Positions 18,683-29,620 are shown, counted from the stretch's first letter. The stretch: DNA of 64,000 nt from Gammaproteobacteria bacterium (GCA_963662545.2 CAXXLL010000003.1:2208001-2272000), one strand, 5' to 3'. Translations and numbers: made by a program. The notes: generated by a model not told the origin, from the sequence alone.

Positions 18683-19233
18683 ATGGCTCACAAGTCGAAG
18701 CCCAAGCAGAAGCGCGATCTGAACCAGATCACCGCGATGGCGAAACCAAACGAAGACCAGACGGTCGGTATGGCCCGTACGGCGATGCGACCCACCGTAC
18801 AAGGCGCGGTCATCCTTCCAGCGCCGCGACGGAGGGCAATCTCGGTCGAGCGGAAGCAATGCTTGCTGCACAAGCTCACACGCTTGATGCCATCTTCAGC
18901 GACCTGGCCCGCCGGGCTGCACTCAACATGGGCGAGTACCCGGAGGCTTTTGAGGCATACCCGCAAGAGTGCCGGGCGACTCTGGAGACCCTGGCGGAGA
19001 TGAAGCACCCACGGTCTGTGGCCTTCGTCGGGCAGGCCAATATTGCTCATGGCCACCAGCAAGTGAATAATGCTCCGTCCCGCGCGGACGAAATCGAAGA
19101 CCCGCAAAGCAAACTATTGGAGCAGACCGACGGAGAACGGTTGGACACGGGAACGACGGGCACGGCAGGCGGAGCTGATACACCGATGGAAGCCGTGGGA
19201 GCGGTCAACCGGGCCAAAAACCGACGGAGGTAA
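18683..19233 (+). pseudogene. Genomic-island conserved hypothetical protein, frameshifted or deleted
   Basis: MAHKSKPKQK.. then MLAAQAHTLDAIFSDLARRA..CRATLETLAEMKHP..AFVGQANIAHGHQQVNN in another frame. Confidence 0.55.
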
Positions 19234-19345
19234 GGCTCGGGTGGCCCAGAACGCTTACCGGGGCGGAGCGCACCCCTTTGCTGCGGGAGTTGGCCCGCGC
19301 CCTTCGGAAGCAGCGGCACGAGGTGGAGCAGAAACTCTGACAACA
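19130..19345 (+). pseudogene. HGGxSTG-like small protein, degenerate
   Basis: GWTRERRARQAELIHRWKPWERSTGPKTDGGKARVAQNAY, followed by a frameshift. Confidence 0.5.
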
Positions 19346-19419
19346 ATGCCCAAACACCTGCGGAGAGGTGACATCGTTTACGTGATCTTCTAAAGCCGTA
19401 CTCGCAGTGACATGGCACA

Positions 19420-19520
19420 CACGGGGGCAACTATGGGGGCCACTTCGCTATATATCCCTTATTTTGTCCTTTTTTAACAATTTGTTATATTATGTAGTTG
19501 GTAGTCATCGGCTCCACCAC
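19420..19520 (+). other. Putative att site (right boundary of integrated element)
   Basis: Paired GGGGGC arm-type repeats (ACGGGGGCAACTATGGGGGCC), an AT-rich spacer, then CATCGGCTCCACCA resembling the 3' end of tmRNA or tRNA-Ala. Confidence 0.6.
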
Positions 19521-19560
19521 TTCCTCAATCGACGGTTCGTCGTCAAATCCGTTCAGCGGA

Positions 19561-20214
19561 CTATTCGGGGCCGGCCGGCACGACGACCCCGACCAGGCAG
19601 TCCCGTGTCACCAGATCCGCCAGGCGTTCCTCGCCCCAACCCGCGGTGTTAGCGGGCCGCGCGGGTAACACCAGATAGCGCATGTCCGCGTTGCTGTCGT
19701 GAACCCGCACGATGGTGGAAGCGGGTAGGGCCGTGCCGAACTCTTCGATTACCTTGCGCGGCTCGTTCACGGCGCGCGATCGGTAGGCCTTGCTTTTATA
19801 CCAGTCGGGCGGCAGGCCTAAGATCGCCCGGGGATAACACGAACACAGCGTGCACACGATGAGGTTATGCACCTCGGCCGTGTTTTCCACCACGACCAGC
19901 TCGATTCCGTCCAACGACACACCGAACTCGCCGACAGCGGCAGTGCCGTCGGCCAACAGGCGCGCCTTGTAGTCGGCATCCGACCAGGCGCGCGCAACGA
20001 TTTTTCCACCGAGGCTGCCGTCGCGCGAATCCATGAACTCCAGGTACTCCCGGACTTCCTGCGCGGTGATCACGCCGCGTTCGATCAGCAGATCGCGCAT
20101 GGCCGCGGCCATCAAAGGATAACGCCCAGTTTCGTCGTAATCGTGCCGGCTGTCGTCGGCATAGGACAAGACCGGTTCGCCGTGCACGTGTTCATGATCG
20201 CTATTGCCGGTCAT
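19561..20214 (-). CDS. Co-type nitrile hydratase alpha / thiocyanate hydrolase gamma subunit
   Basis: VCTLCSCYPR metal-binding motif, GLPPDWYKS..YRSR and VHDSNADMRYLVLP. Confidence 0.92.
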   Translation of the reverse strand: MTGNSDHEHVHGEPVLSYADDSRHDYDETGRYPLMAAAMRDLLIERGVITAQEVREYLEFMDSRDGSLGGKIVARAWSDADYKARLLADGTAAVGEFGVSLDGIELVVVENTAEVHNLIVCTLCSCYPRAILGLPPDWYKSKAYRSRAVNEPRKVIEEFGTALPASTIVRVHDSNADMRYLVLPARPANTAGWGEERLADLVTRDCLVGVVVPAGPE

Positions 20215-20513
20215 GGTGATTCTGCCGCGCAGGACAGCCAGTGTTCGAAGACTTCGAGGTCGAGGGTATCCCGCTGTCCGCCCTCGTAGTTCGCCCAAAC
20301 CTCGACCTGCCTGAAGCGTACGCGGTAGAGGTGGCGCTGCGGCAAGCCGTCGAATCCATAGGCGAGCTCCTCCGGATTCCTGAAGGCGCCGCAATAGCGC
20401 TCAATTTCACCGACCGCACCGCGGATATAGGCCGGCACGCGCCGGTGCCCCGGCGGGTTGGCCGCATGTACGCGGACGCGATCGCCGGTTCGATAACGCC
20501 GCTCGGCGATCAC
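20211..20513 (-). CDS. Nitrile hydratase beta C-terminal (SH3-like) / thiocyanate hydrolase alpha subunit
   Basis: GDRVRV..PPGHRRVPAYIRG..LYRVRF..EVFEHWL; GTGA and ATGA overlaps with both neighbours. Confidence 0.85.
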   Translation of the reverse strand: MIAERRYRTGDRVRVHAANPPGHRRVPAYIRGAVGEIERYCGAFRNPEELAYGFDGLPQRHLYRVRFRQVEVWANYEGGQRDTLDLEVFEHWLSCAAESP

Positions 20514-20815
20514 CGCGTCGCCTCGATACGCATTTTGAGTTCTGCCATGCGTTGCTCTATTTCTGCGCGCGACACCGCCGCTTTTTCCTCGAGCAGGTTG
20601 CACAAGGCCTCGCCCCAGCGCTCGTAATAGGGCTGGTCGTAGACGTCCTTCGACAGGTCTTCCAGGGTACGCCGCAATTCGTCCACGCTCATCACGTCGT
20701 GCTGGCGTAGGGCGCTGAATATGGCCGTGAACAGCTTGCCGAACGGCTCGGCCTCTTGATCCGAAAGGTCGATCGGACCGGCGGGTTCACCGCCTAAGTC
20801 ATGCTGCAGTTTCAT
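20510..20815 (-). CDS. Nitrile hydratase beta N-terminal / thiocyanate hydrolase beta subunit
   Basis: HDLGG, DELRRTLE and YYERW motifs; GGAGGAGG RBS. Confidence 0.85.
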   Translation of the reverse strand: MKLQHDLGGEPAGPIDLSDQEAEPFGKLFTAIFSALRQHDVMSVDELRRTLEDLSKDVYDQPYYERWGEALCNLLEEKAAVSRAEIEQRMAELKMRIEATR

Positions 20816-21011
20816 GCCTTGCAAGTCCTCCTCCGCCGCGCCCGACAATTTCGCCTCGCATCCATCAGCATCTCACGACATGGAAAAGGACTCCGGGAAG
20901 CGAGTCAAACTCCGGCGGGATGCGCGTCCGCACGAGTCTATCCTCATTCACCCGCCCTATTTGGCTCAAAGTGCCGCGAATTAGTCCAATTCTTCGCGTT
21001 CCAGAGTCCGC

Positions 21012-21224
21012 TTATACACACGCAGCTCTCCGTTTGGCGTCAACGTGACCAATTGTTAAACCGGCGCGCGCGGTGGATAAGTGTCAGAGCTAAGTCTTTG
21101 ATTGTCAAAGAGGTCGAAGAACTGGTTAAAAAATAAGCAAACTGATAAAAACGTGTTGCGAACGGGCGATAAAGAAGTCTGTACGCAATGCGTCCACAAA
21201 GTTATCCCCAGGTTTTGTGGGTAA
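21012..21224. promoter_or_regulatory. Cluster of DnaA-box-like sites in AT-rich intergenic DNA
   Basis: TTATACACA (21012), GGTGGATAA (21072), GCGTCCACA (21190), TTATCCCCA (21202) and TGTGGGTAA (21216). Confidence 0.55.
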
Positions 21225-21329
21225 CCCAATTTAGTCTGAAAATCAACGAGAAAGGCCTGTGGCAGAAAGTCATGCAATTGTCTTTAGCAGCTTGGACAGA
21301 CCTTCTTGGGCACCGTAGTATCCACCGCC

Positions 21330-21704
21330 ATGCGAGCTCCACGACCTTCCCGCCAACGCCTGCTTGGGCCTGCCCTCATCGTGCTTTCGTGCGCCTCGAA
21401 CGGGCAGGCCTCCCCTCTCGCCGAAGAAGCAGACGCGGTCGCATATCTGGAATTTGCTTCGAAGCTGGACGGTCGCTGCCAGATTCTGAGCGAGGGCGGC
21501 AAACTCCGTGTTCTGCGTAATACCCATGCCGACCACGCGATCAAGTACCGACTCGTCAGACAGTTCGTCGGCGTAGCGCAGGGCCTGTCGGTGGGTGTCG
21601 CCCCGCCCGGCGGCGAAGTCGTCAAACTCGGCTGCACCCGGGTCGACGGCCGGCAGCAGGAGTGGATCGTCGAACGCGCCAGCTTCATAGCTGTAACGAG
21701 ATAA
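21330..21704 (+). CDS. Hypothetical exported protein
   Basis: Signal-peptide-like N-terminus and paired Cys; adjacent to the next ORF. Confidence 0.6.
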   Translation: MRAPRPSRQRLLGPALIVLSCASNGQASPLAEEADAVAYLEFASKLDGRCQILSEGGKLRVLRNTHADHAIKYRLVRQFVGVAQGLSVGVAPPGGEVVKLGCTRVDGRQQEWIVERASFIAVTR

Positions 21705-21705
21705 G

Positions 21706-22080
21706 ATGCGCAAATCCATCCTCACGATCGCACTTGTGGTGATCGCTCAAACGGCCGGTTCGGACGACCAGCCGGACCCCGAATTTGCACGCTCGCCGGG
21801 CGACATGACGGTCGAGGAACGCATGCAGATGATCCAGAAGGCGCGAGGATACGACGCCTGCGTTTACACCGAGGCCCTGGCGCAGGGCGACGATGAAGGC
21901 GACATTCGGCGCGTTGCGGACATGGCGATGGGTCAGTGCGAACCGCACCTGGAGGACCTGCGTACGATGATCGAGGGATGGGGATTCAAGCCGCACTTCG
22001 CGCGCGGCTTTATGAGCAACGTTCGAAATCGCGCGGCTCGCAAGATTCTGCCGGAACTGGCCGTGCGCAAAGGCCGTTAA
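21706..22080 (+). CDS. Hypothetical exported protein
   Basis: MRKSILTIALVVIAQTAG signal peptide; helical body with two Cys. Confidence 0.7.
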   Translation: MRKSILTIALVVIAQTAGSDDQPDPEFARSPGDMTVEERMQMIQKARGYDACVYTEALAQGDDEGDIRRVADMAMGQCEPHLEDLRTMIEGWGFKPHFARGFMSNVRNRAARKILPELAVRKGR

Positions 22081-22096
22081 CCACTATCATTTGGCG

Positions 22097-22618
22097 CTAG
22101 CCGGGTCTGGAATGATCGGCCCCGTTCACTGGCATTTCGCCGGTCAATTCACTGACGAAATCCGCCAGTTCATTGAGTGCTCGCTGGTAGACGTTTCTTT
22201 TGAACGGCACGACGAAACCGAGCGGATCCCAATAATCGAACCAACGCCAGGCATCGAATTCCGGCTGTTCGGCAACATCAAGCCTAAAATTGTGTTCGGC
22301 GCTCACCAGCTTCAACAAGAACCAAATCTGCTTTTGACCAATGCACACTGGCCGCTGGTGGTAGCGGATATAGCGCTTGGGTAGGCGGTAACGCAGCCAG
22401 CCCTTTGTTGAACCCAGGACACCGACGTGCTCCGGTTCGAGACCTACCTCTTCCTTCAACTCGCGGTACATCGCCCGCTCGGGCGTTTCATGGTGTTTAA
22501 TGCCGCCCTGCGGAAACTGCCAGGCCGCCATGCCGGCCCGGCGGCCGCAGAACACCTGGCCGTTGTCATTCAACAAAATGATGCCGACATTCGCACGAAA
22601 GCCTTGTTCGTCGATCAC
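22097..22618 (-). CDS. rppH: RNA pyrophosphohydrolase
   Basis: [30 protein letters not shown] Nudix box, GQKQIWF. Confidence 0.95.
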   Translation of the reverse strand: MIDEQGFRANVGIILLNDNGQVFCGRRAGMAAWQFPQGGIKHHETPERAMYRELKEEVGLEPEHVGVLGSTKGWLRYRLPKRYIRYHQRPVCIGQKQIWFLLKLVSAEHNFRLDVAEQPEFDAWRWFDYWDPLGFVVPFKRNVYQRALNELADFVSELTGEMPVNGADHSRPG

Positions 22619-22622
22619 TGTT

Positions 22623-23603
22623 TCAATCCAAAATTTTCTGAATGGCGGCACGCTCTTCGGCTAATTCTGCGGCCGATGCGTCCATGCGCGCACGACTGAA
22701 ATCGTTGATCGGTATATCGGACACGACCTTATACGACCCGCCCTCACACGTAACTGGAAACGAATACATGAGACCTGCTTCGATGCCATAGCTGCCATCG
22801 CTCGGGATCGCCATGCTGACCGAATCACCGGCCGGCGTACCCAGCACCCAGTCGTGCAAGTGTTCGAGTGCGGCGTTGGCCGCAGACGCGGCGCTGGACG
22901 CGCCGCGCGCCTCGATAATCTCTGCGCCGCGTTTGGCGACGCGCGGAATATATTCGTTTTCGTACCAGGCGCGGGAGACCAGGTCGAGCGCCGCCCTGCC
23001 AGCGACGGTTGCGCGGCTCAAGTCGGGGTACTGGGTCGTCGAATGGTTGCCCCAGATCGCAAGGTTTTTTATCTCATCGACCGGGGTCCCGGTTTTACCG
23101 GCCAGTTGTGCCATCGCGCGGTTGTGGTCGAGCCGGGTCATGGCCGTGAATTGTGCGGGATCGATATCCGGAGCGCAGGTCATGCAAGTCCAGGCGTTGG
23201 TGTTGGCCGGATTGCCGACCACCACCACCTTGATATCCCGTGCGGCATTTTCGTTGATCGCCTTGCCCTGCACCTTGAAGATCCCGCCGTTGGCTTCCAG
23301 CAAATCGCTGCGCTCCATACCCGGGCCGCGCGGCCGCGCGCCAACCAGCAGACCGTAGTTGGCGTCCTTGAAAGCTGCGTTGGCGTCATCGGTCGTCTCG
23401 ATTCCAGCGATCAGTGGGAACGCGCAGTCGTCGATCTCCATCACTACGCCTTCGAGCGCTTTCATCGCCGGCGCGATCTCGAGCAGTTGCAGGATTACCG
23501 GTTGATCTGCGCCCAGTACTTCGCCGGCCGCAATGCGAAACAATAAAGAATAGGCTATCTGGCCGGCGGCGCCGGTGACGGTCATTCTCACGGGTGGCTT
23601 CAT
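22623..23603 (-). CDS. mdh: Malate dehydrogenase
   Basis: [30 protein letters not shown] and WGNHS motifs. Confidence 0.97.
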   Translation of the reverse strand: MKPPVRMTVTGAAGQIAYSLLFRIAAGEVLGADQPVILQLLEIAPAMKALEGVVMEIDDCAFPLIAGIETTDDANAAFKDANYGLLVGARPRGPGMERSDLLEANGGIFKVQGKAINENAARDIKVVVVGNPANTNAWTCMTCAPDIDPAQFTAMTRLDHNRAMAQLAGKTGTPVDEIKNLAIWGNHSTTQYPDLSRATVAGRAALDLVSRAWYENEYIPRVAKRGAEIIEARGASSAASAANAALEHLHDWVLGTPAGDSVSMAIPSDGSYGIEAGLMYSFPVTCEGGSYKVVSDIPINDFSRARMDASAAELAEERAAIQKILD

Positions 23604-23644
23604 TTGAATCTGCCCCTCTATTGAAACGCCGTAATAAAGAGGCG

Positions 23645-24943
23645 CTAAGTGCGCTTCTCGATCGGGACGTAGTCGCGCTGCTTGGCGCCGATATAAAGCT
23701 GGCGTGGCCGGCCGATGCGGAAATCGGGGTCCGCCATCAACTCATTCCACTGCGCGATCCAACCCGCGCACCGCGCCAGGGCGAACATACAGGTGTACAT
23801 GCTGGGCGGAATATTGAGCGCCTGGTAAATGAGGCCCGAGTAAAAATCCACGTTCGGATAAAGTTTGCGCTCGATGAAGTAGTCGTCTTCCAGTGCAATG
23901 CGTTCGAGTTCCATGGCAATTTCGAACAACGGCTGGTTAACGTGCATTTCGTCAAGCAGATCGTGGCAGGCTTTGTAGATGATCTTGGCGCGAGGATCGT
24001 AATTCTTGTAGACGCGGTGTCCAAAGCCCATCAGCCGAAACGGGTCGTCCTTGTCTTTCGCGCGGTCGATGAACTTCTTGATATTTTTTACATCGCCAAT
24101 CTCTTGGAGCATGTGGATGACCGCTTCGTTCGCGCCGCCGTGGGACTTGCCCCACAAGGTCGCAATACCCGCAGCGATGCAGGCAAAAGGATTGCTCTCC
24201 GCGCTGCCGGCGAGTCGCACTGTCGAGGTGCTCGCGTTCTGTTCGTGATCTGCGTGCAGGATCATGAGCAGTTCGAGCGCGCGTACCGCGACCGGATTGG
24301 CCTCGTAGGGCTCGGTCGGCCAGGAGTACATCATGTACATGAAATTTTCGACGTAATCGCGCGAATTGTTCGGGTACACGAACGGCAGGCCGGACGCGTA
24401 GCGGTAGATCTTGGAAACCAGGCCCGGCATCTTGCCGATGACGCGCCGCGCGGTGATCAGCCGATCTTCTTCCTTATAGATATCCGTATTGTCGTGGTAG
24501 TAGGAGGCAACGGCGCCAACCACGCCGGTCAAGACGGACATGGGATGGGCGTCGTAGCGGTAGCCCGAGTAGAAACGCGACAGGTGCTCGTGGGTCATGC
24601 CGTGCATTTTGAGAGCATGGACCCATTCGGCGAGTTCGTCGGAATTCGGCAGTTCGCCGTGCACGAGCAGGTAGCAAACTTCGACAAAAGACGAATGCTC
24701 GGCGAGCTGCTCGATAGGATAACCGCGATGAAGCAGCACCCCCTGCTCGCCGTCGAGGTAGGTAATGGCGCTGCGGCAACTCGCCGTTGCACCGAAACCA
24801 ACATCCAGCGTGAACATGCCGAGCTCCTTGTACAAGGCCTTGAGATCGATAACCGGCGCCCCGTATTCACCCTCGTGCACCGGGCATTCCACGCTCTTCC
24901 CTGTCGCATTATCCGTTATGGTAACGGTACGTTGTCCGCTCAC
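23645..24943 (-). CDS. gltA: Citrate synthase (type II)
   Basis: [29 protein letters not shown] and YPNVDFYSG motifs. Confidence 0.97.
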   Translation of the reverse strand: MSGQRTVTITDNATGKSVECPVHEGEYGAPVIDLKALYKELGMFTLDVGFGATASCRSAITYLDGEQGVLLHRGYPIEQLAEHSSFVEVCYLLVHGELPNSDELAEWVHALKMHGMTHEHLSRFYSGYRYDAHPMSVLTGVVGAVASYYHDNTDIYKEEDRLITARRVIGKMPGLVSKIYRYASGLPFVYPNNSRDYVENFMYMMYSWPTEPYEANPVAVRALELLMILHADHEQNASTSTVRLAGSAESNPFACIAAGIATLWGKSHGGANEAVIHMLQEIGDVKNIKKFIDRAKDKDDPFRLMGFGHRVYKNYDPRAKIIYKACHDLLDEMHVNQPLFEIAMELERIALEDDYFIERKLYPNVDFYSGLIYQALNIPPSMYTCMFALARCAGWIAQWNELMADPDFRIGRPRQLYIGAKQRDYVPIEKRT

Positions 24944-25287
24944 TTGGATTCCCCCAATCGTTGTGCCCCGCGCCGCCGGTTTACTGAGTGCTTGCGGCCG
25001 GCCGGGACTGTCTAGAATAACGTTCCGCTCGTTTGATCAGCAAGATAACGTGGCGAGGCGGCATCCCAGCAGTGTGTGGGATCGACACTTTAAGTCGTGA
25101 CGAACGTGGTTTAGCGGTGCTAAATGCGCGATGGGTAACGCCGAAACGTGGTTGATTCCGAGATAGCTTCTAATGACTTTCGACAGGGATTGATCAAAGA
25201 TTCTCGTTCTTTTCGCCGATACACCGTGGTATTGGCAGGGTTTCGGGCCATCCGGTGACGATTTCCTCATTTTGCAGGTGATTGAAG

Positions 25288-28125
25288 ATGCAGTCTCCAT
25301 CATGCTTGTTCAGTGGCAACGCGCCGTTTATTGAAGATCTTTATGAGTCCTACCTGCTCGATCCCGATGAGGTATCTCAAGACTGGCGCAAGTATTTCGA
25401 TAGCTTGCAGGACGGCCGCAGCGCGCCAGCAAGCGATGTACGTCACTCCGAAGTTCAGGCGCGCATGCTGGAAATCGCGGCATCCCCGAAGCCGATTACC
25501 GTCGCGGTCTCGGCCGGAAGTGGAGCTGACTCAAAGAAGCAGGTTTCCGTTTTACAGTTGATCAATGCTTACCGGTTCCGCGGACACCGCCAGGCGAACC
25601 TGGATCCGCTCAACCAGTATGCGCGACCGGTTGTCGCGGAGCTGGATCCTGCGTTTCACGGCCTGTCAGAGACTGATATGGACAAGGTCTTCAACACCGG
25701 CTCATTACAAGGGCCGGATCAGGCAAGCTTGCGCGAGATTCTCGAGATCGTGCGTACCACCTACTGCGGCACTATCGGCGCGGAGTACATGCACATCGTG
25801 GAAACGAGTCAAAAGCGCTGGGTGCAACAGCGCCTCGAGTCCCGGCAGGCGAAACCCGACTTCAGCGCCGAGAAACGCAAGGATTTGCTGAGCCGCGTGA
25901 TCGCCGCTACGGCGCTGGAAGAATATCTGCATACCAAGTACGTCGGACAGAAACGATTCTCGCTCGAGGGGAGCGAGAGTACGATCGCCCTGCTCGATCA
26001 AATCGTCGATGACGCTGCACGTCACGGCGTCAAGGAGCTAGTTCTCGGCATGGCCCATCGCGGCCGTCTCAACGTCCTGGTCAACATCGTTGGCAAGCAC
26101 CCTTCGCTACTGTTCGACGAATTCGAGGGCAAGGGCCCGACCGAACTCCGTGCGGGAGACGTCAAGTATCACATGGGCTTTTCGTCGGATATCGAAACAC
26201 CCGCCGGAGCCGTTCACCTCACCTTGGGTTTCAATCCGTCACACTTGGAAATCATCGGCCCGGTAGTCGAAGGTTCGGTGCGAGCACGCCAGGATCGACG
26301 CGCGGACGTCGACCGCAACCAGGTCATGCCCCTGCTGATCCATGGGGACGCTGCGTTCGCCGGTCAAGGTGTCGTGATGGAAACCCTAAACCTGTCGCAA
26401 ACGCGTGGCTACTCGACCGGCGGTACCATGCACATCATCATCAATAATCAGATCGGATTTACGACCAGCGACCCGCTCGATTCCCGCTCGACGCTCTACT
26501 GCACCGACGTCGCGAAAATGGTCCAGGCGCCTATCTTCCACGTCAATGGCGACGATCCGGAAGCCGTTGCCATGGTCGCGCAGATGGCGCTCGACTATCG
26601 GATGGAATTCAACAAGGACGTCGTCGTCGACATGATCTGCTTCCGCAAGCACGGCCACAGCGAGGCCGATGAACCCGCCGCGACGCAGCCGATCATGTAT
26701 CAGCACATTCGCAATCACCCGGGCGTGCGCCACATCTATACCGAGAAGCTGGTTTCCGAAGGCGTTATCAATCCCGGTGAGGCAGAGGAGATGGCGGCCA
26801 AGTATATCGATGCCCTCGAGAACAATTACGTAGTGTCACGGCCACATACCAACGTCATCGACAGCCGTCACACGATCAACTTCGAACCCTATCGAGACAC
26901 GCACTGGGACGTGGAAGCTAGCACCGCGCTCGACGCCGAGCGTTTCCGATCCCTGTCGGAAAGCTTTAGCACGGTGCCCGATGACATGGTGCTGCACCGC
27001 GCACTAAAGCGAATACTCGGGGATCGCAAGGCGATGGGCGCGGGCGAGAAGGCCTGCGACTGGGGCTTTGCAGAGACGCTGGCCTACGCGTCGCTACTCA
27101 CGGAAAACTTCCCGGTCAGAATTTCCGGGCAGGATAGCGGCCGCGGCACTTTTTTTCATCGCCACGCCGTAATCCACGACCAGAAGTCTGGCGACACCTA
27201 CCTCCCGCTACAAAATCTGAGTCCCGACCAGGCGAGCTTTCTGGTCATCAACTCGACCTTGTCGGAAGAGGCCGTCCTCGCCTACGAGTTCGGTTACGCC
27301 AGCGCCGATCCGAAATCGCTGGTGATCTGGGAAGCGCAGTTCGGTGACTTCGCCAACGGTGCGCAGGTCGTCATCGATCAATTCATCGCGTCCTGCGAAG
27401 AGAAGTGGGGGCGTTTCTGTGGCCTGGTCATGCTGCTGCCCCACGGCTACGACGGCCAGGGACCTGAACATTCATCCGCCCGTCTCGAACGCTACCTGCA
27501 GCTTTGCGCGGAAGAGAACATGCAGGTGTGCTATCCGACGACACCGTCGCAAATGTTTCATATGCTGCGGCGACAAATGATCCGGCCCTACCGCAAACCC
27601 CTGATCGTGATGAGCCCCAAGAGTCTCTTGCGGCACAAACTTTCGGTCTCACCGCTGGAAGAATTCATCGACGGGGGATTCCGCACGGTGATCGATGAAA
27701 TCGATTCGATCGACAAGGACAAGGTTCACCGCATTCTCGTTTGCAGCGGCAAAGTATATTTCGATCTGCTCGAAGCCCGGCGCGAACACGATGTGACGGA
27801 CTGCGCGATCTTGAGGCTCGAACAGCTTTACCCGTTTCCGAAAAGTGAAATTCAAAACCTGCTAAAGGCTTATCCTAATGCCGAGGAACTGGTGTGGGTA
27901 CAAGAAGAACCCCGCAACCAGGGCGCCTGGTCCATGCTGCTTTCGACACGGTTCCTGGGTGGGTGTTTCGATCAGACCAAGCCCTTGCTTTGCGTCGCTC
28001 GACCCTATTCGGCTTCACCAGCAGTCGGATATGCCTCGCTTCACCTCCAGCAGCAACAGCGGGTGATCCATGACGCCCTGGATTTGTCGCGGTTCGAACA
28101 AGCCAGGGAGAAGAAATCCGCTTGA
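25288..28125 (+). CDS. sucA: 2-oxoglutarate dehydrogenase E1
   Basis: KRFSLEG, GMAHRGRLN, HGDAAFAGQG, WEAQFGDF and GPEHSSAR motifs. Confidence 0.97.
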   Translation: MQSPSCLFSGNAPFIEDLYESYLLDPDEVSQDWRKYFDSLQDGRSAPASDVRHSEVQARMLEIAASPKPITVAVSAGSGADSKKQVSVLQLINAYRFRGHRQANLDPLNQYARPVVAELDPAFHGLSETDMDKVFNTGSLQGPDQASLREILEIVRTTYCGTIGAEYMHIVETSQKRWVQQRLESRQAKPDFSAEKRKDLLSRVIAATALEEYLHTKYVGQKRFSLEGSESTIALLDQIVDDAARHGVKELVLGMAHRGRLNVLVNIVGKHPSLLFDEFEGKGPTELRAGDVKYHMGFSSDIETPAGAVHLTLGFNPSHLEIIGPVVEGSVRARQDRRADVDRNQVMPLLIHGDAAFAGQGVVMETLNLSQTRGYSTGGTMHIIINNQIGFTTSDPLDSRSTLYCTDVAKMVQAPIFHVNGDDPEAVAMVAQMALDYRMEFNKDVVVDMICFRKHGHSEADEPAATQPIMYQHIRNHPGVRHIYTEKLVSEGVINPGEAEEMAAKYIDALENNYVVSRPHTNVIDSRHTINFEPYRDTHWDVEASTALDAERFRSLSESFSTVPDDMVLHRALKRILGDRKAMGAGEKACDWGFAETLAYASLLTENFPVRISGQDSGRGTFFHRHAVIHDQKSGDTYLPLQNLSPDQASFLVINSTLSEEAVLAYEFGYASADPKSLVIWEAQFGDFANGAQVVIDQFIASCEEKWGRFCGLVMLLPHGYDGQGPEHSSARLERYLQLCAEENMQVCYPTTPSQMFHMLRRQMIRPYRKPLIVMSPKSLLRHKLSVSPLEEFIDGGFRTVIDEIDSIDKDKVHRILVCSGKVYFDLLEARREHDVTDCAILRLEQLYPFPKSEIQNLLKAYPNAEELVWVQEEPRNQGAWSMLLSTRFLGGCFDQTKPLLCVARPYSASPAVGYASLHLQQQQRVIHDALDLSRFEQAREKKSA

Positions 28126-28151
28126 TAAGAAACTAAACAGGGGTAAATACC

Positions 28152-29375
28152 GTGTTAATCGAAGTGAAGGTACCTGTACTCGCCGAGTCCGTACCAGACG
28201 CCACCTTGCTGGACTGGTTCAAGCAGGTCGGTGAGCGTGTGGAGCGCGGCGATAACCTGATCGATCTCGAAACCGACAAGGTAACTCTGGAGATCGCTGC
28301 GCCGGAATCGGGCGTCATCAAAGAACTCCGCAAGCAAACCGGCGATATCGTGCTGGAAGACGAAGTGCTCGCAGTGATCGACACCGAGGGCACAGCCTCG
28401 GCGAATGCGGATGCCCTGGTGGCGGCAGCGGTAGCGCCGGCATCGCAGGTGGCGGCGCCTGCTACCCAGTCCGTCGAGAAACTCGGCCCGGCAGTGCGCA
28501 AGCTGATCGAGGAGCATGGCCTCGATGCGAGCCGTATCGAAGCGACCGGCAAGGGCGGCCGCCTGCTGAAGGCCGACGTCTTGGCCTATCTCGAAAAGGG
28601 GAGCGAAGCTGCGAAGGCGGATGTCATCAAAGCCACGCCGCATGTGCAGGAACGCCCCACAGCGATCGACACGAGCCGTGTCGAGGAGCGCGTACCGATG
28701 ACGCGTTTGCGCAAACGCACGGCCGAGAGGCTGCTTTCCGCACAACACGAAAGTGCGCTGCTGACTACCTTCAACGAAGTCAACATGCACCCCGTGATGG
28801 ATCTTCGCAACCGCTTCAAGGTGGAATTCGAGGAGCGCTTCGGCGTGCGCCTCGGATTTATGTCTTTCTTCGTGAAAGCGGCTGTCGAGGCATTGAAGAA
28901 ATTTCCGATCGTGAACGCCTCCGTTGACGGCGACGACATCTTGTATCGCGGCTATTTCGACATCGGCGTGGCCGTGGGTTCGAAGCGCGGTCTGGTCGTT
29001 CCCATTCTCCGCGAAGTCGACCGCATGACATTTGCCGAGGTCGAACGCAAGATCCGCGATTTCGGCGAGCGGGCGCGGGATGGCAAGCTGACGATCGACG
29101 AGTTGACGGGCGGTACTTTTACCATCAGCAACGGCGGCGTCTACGGCTCTCTGATATCGACCCCGATCATCAATCCGCCGCAGAGCGCGATACTCGGCAT
29201 GCACAAGATTCAGCCACGCCCGGTTGCGGAAAATGATGAAGTCGTGATCCGGCCGATGATGTATCTCGCCGTCTCCTACGATCACCGCATCATCGATGGA
29301 CGCGAAGCGGTGCAGTTCCTCGATACGATTCGCCGCACGCTCGAAGATCCGGCACGGATGCTACTGGAAATATAG
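28152..29375 (+). CDS. sucB: Dihydrolipoamide succinyltransferase E2
   Basis: Lipoyl ETDKV, E3-binding domain, YDHRIIDG. Confidence 0.97.
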   Translation: MLIEVKVPVLAESVPDATLLDWFKQVGERVERGDNLIDLETDKVTLEIAAPESGVIKELRKQTGDIVLEDEVLAVIDTEGTASANADALVAAAVAPASQVAAPATQSVEKLGPAVRKLIEEHGLDASRIEATGKGGRLLKADVLAYLEKGSEAAKADVIKATPHVQERPTAIDTSRVEERVPMTRLRKRTAERLLSAQHESALLTTFNEVNMHPVMDLRNRFKVEFEERFGVRLGFMSFFVKAAVEALKKFPIVNASVDGDDILYRGYFDIGVAVGSKRGLVVPILREVDRMTFAEVERKIRDFGERARDGKLTIDELTGGTFTISNGGVYGSLISTPIINPPQSAILGMHKIQPRPVAENDEVVIRPMMYLAVSYDHRIIDGREAVQFLDTIRRTLEDPARMLLEI

Positions 29376-29387
29376 GACGCCTCATCA

Positions 29388-29620
29388 AGTGCGCTGTCCC
29401 GCAATAAAACTTCATAATTCGCTGGTCCTCGCACCGCGCTGCGGCGTTACTCGTCGTTGCCGTATTGCGGATGCCGTCCATGGCATCCACCCTTCGGGCC
29501 CGCCTTCGGCGGTCCAAATACGTTCCCGACGAATTTGTCCCGATACGACGCCTCCTCGCGCCTTGCATCGCGGCACGAGTCCTGCGCGACTTATCGAAGT
29601 TTATTACGGGACAGCACACT
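29388..29620. mobile_element. MITE between sucB and lpd, with a nested hairpin insertion
   Basis: IRs AGTGCGCTGTCCCGCAATAAA / TTTATTACGGGACAGCACACT; internal 29469-29539 is related to 6060-6131. Confidence 0.7.

Noticed and set aside
19440-19520. Possible tRNA or tmRNA gene ending in CTCCACCA
   Set aside because: No T-loop or cloverleaf upstream; only a 3' fragment consistent with an att core.
21000-21260. Chromosomal oriC
   Set aside because: No dnaA, dnaN, gidA or rpmH context and no clear DUE; retained only as a DnaA-box cluster.
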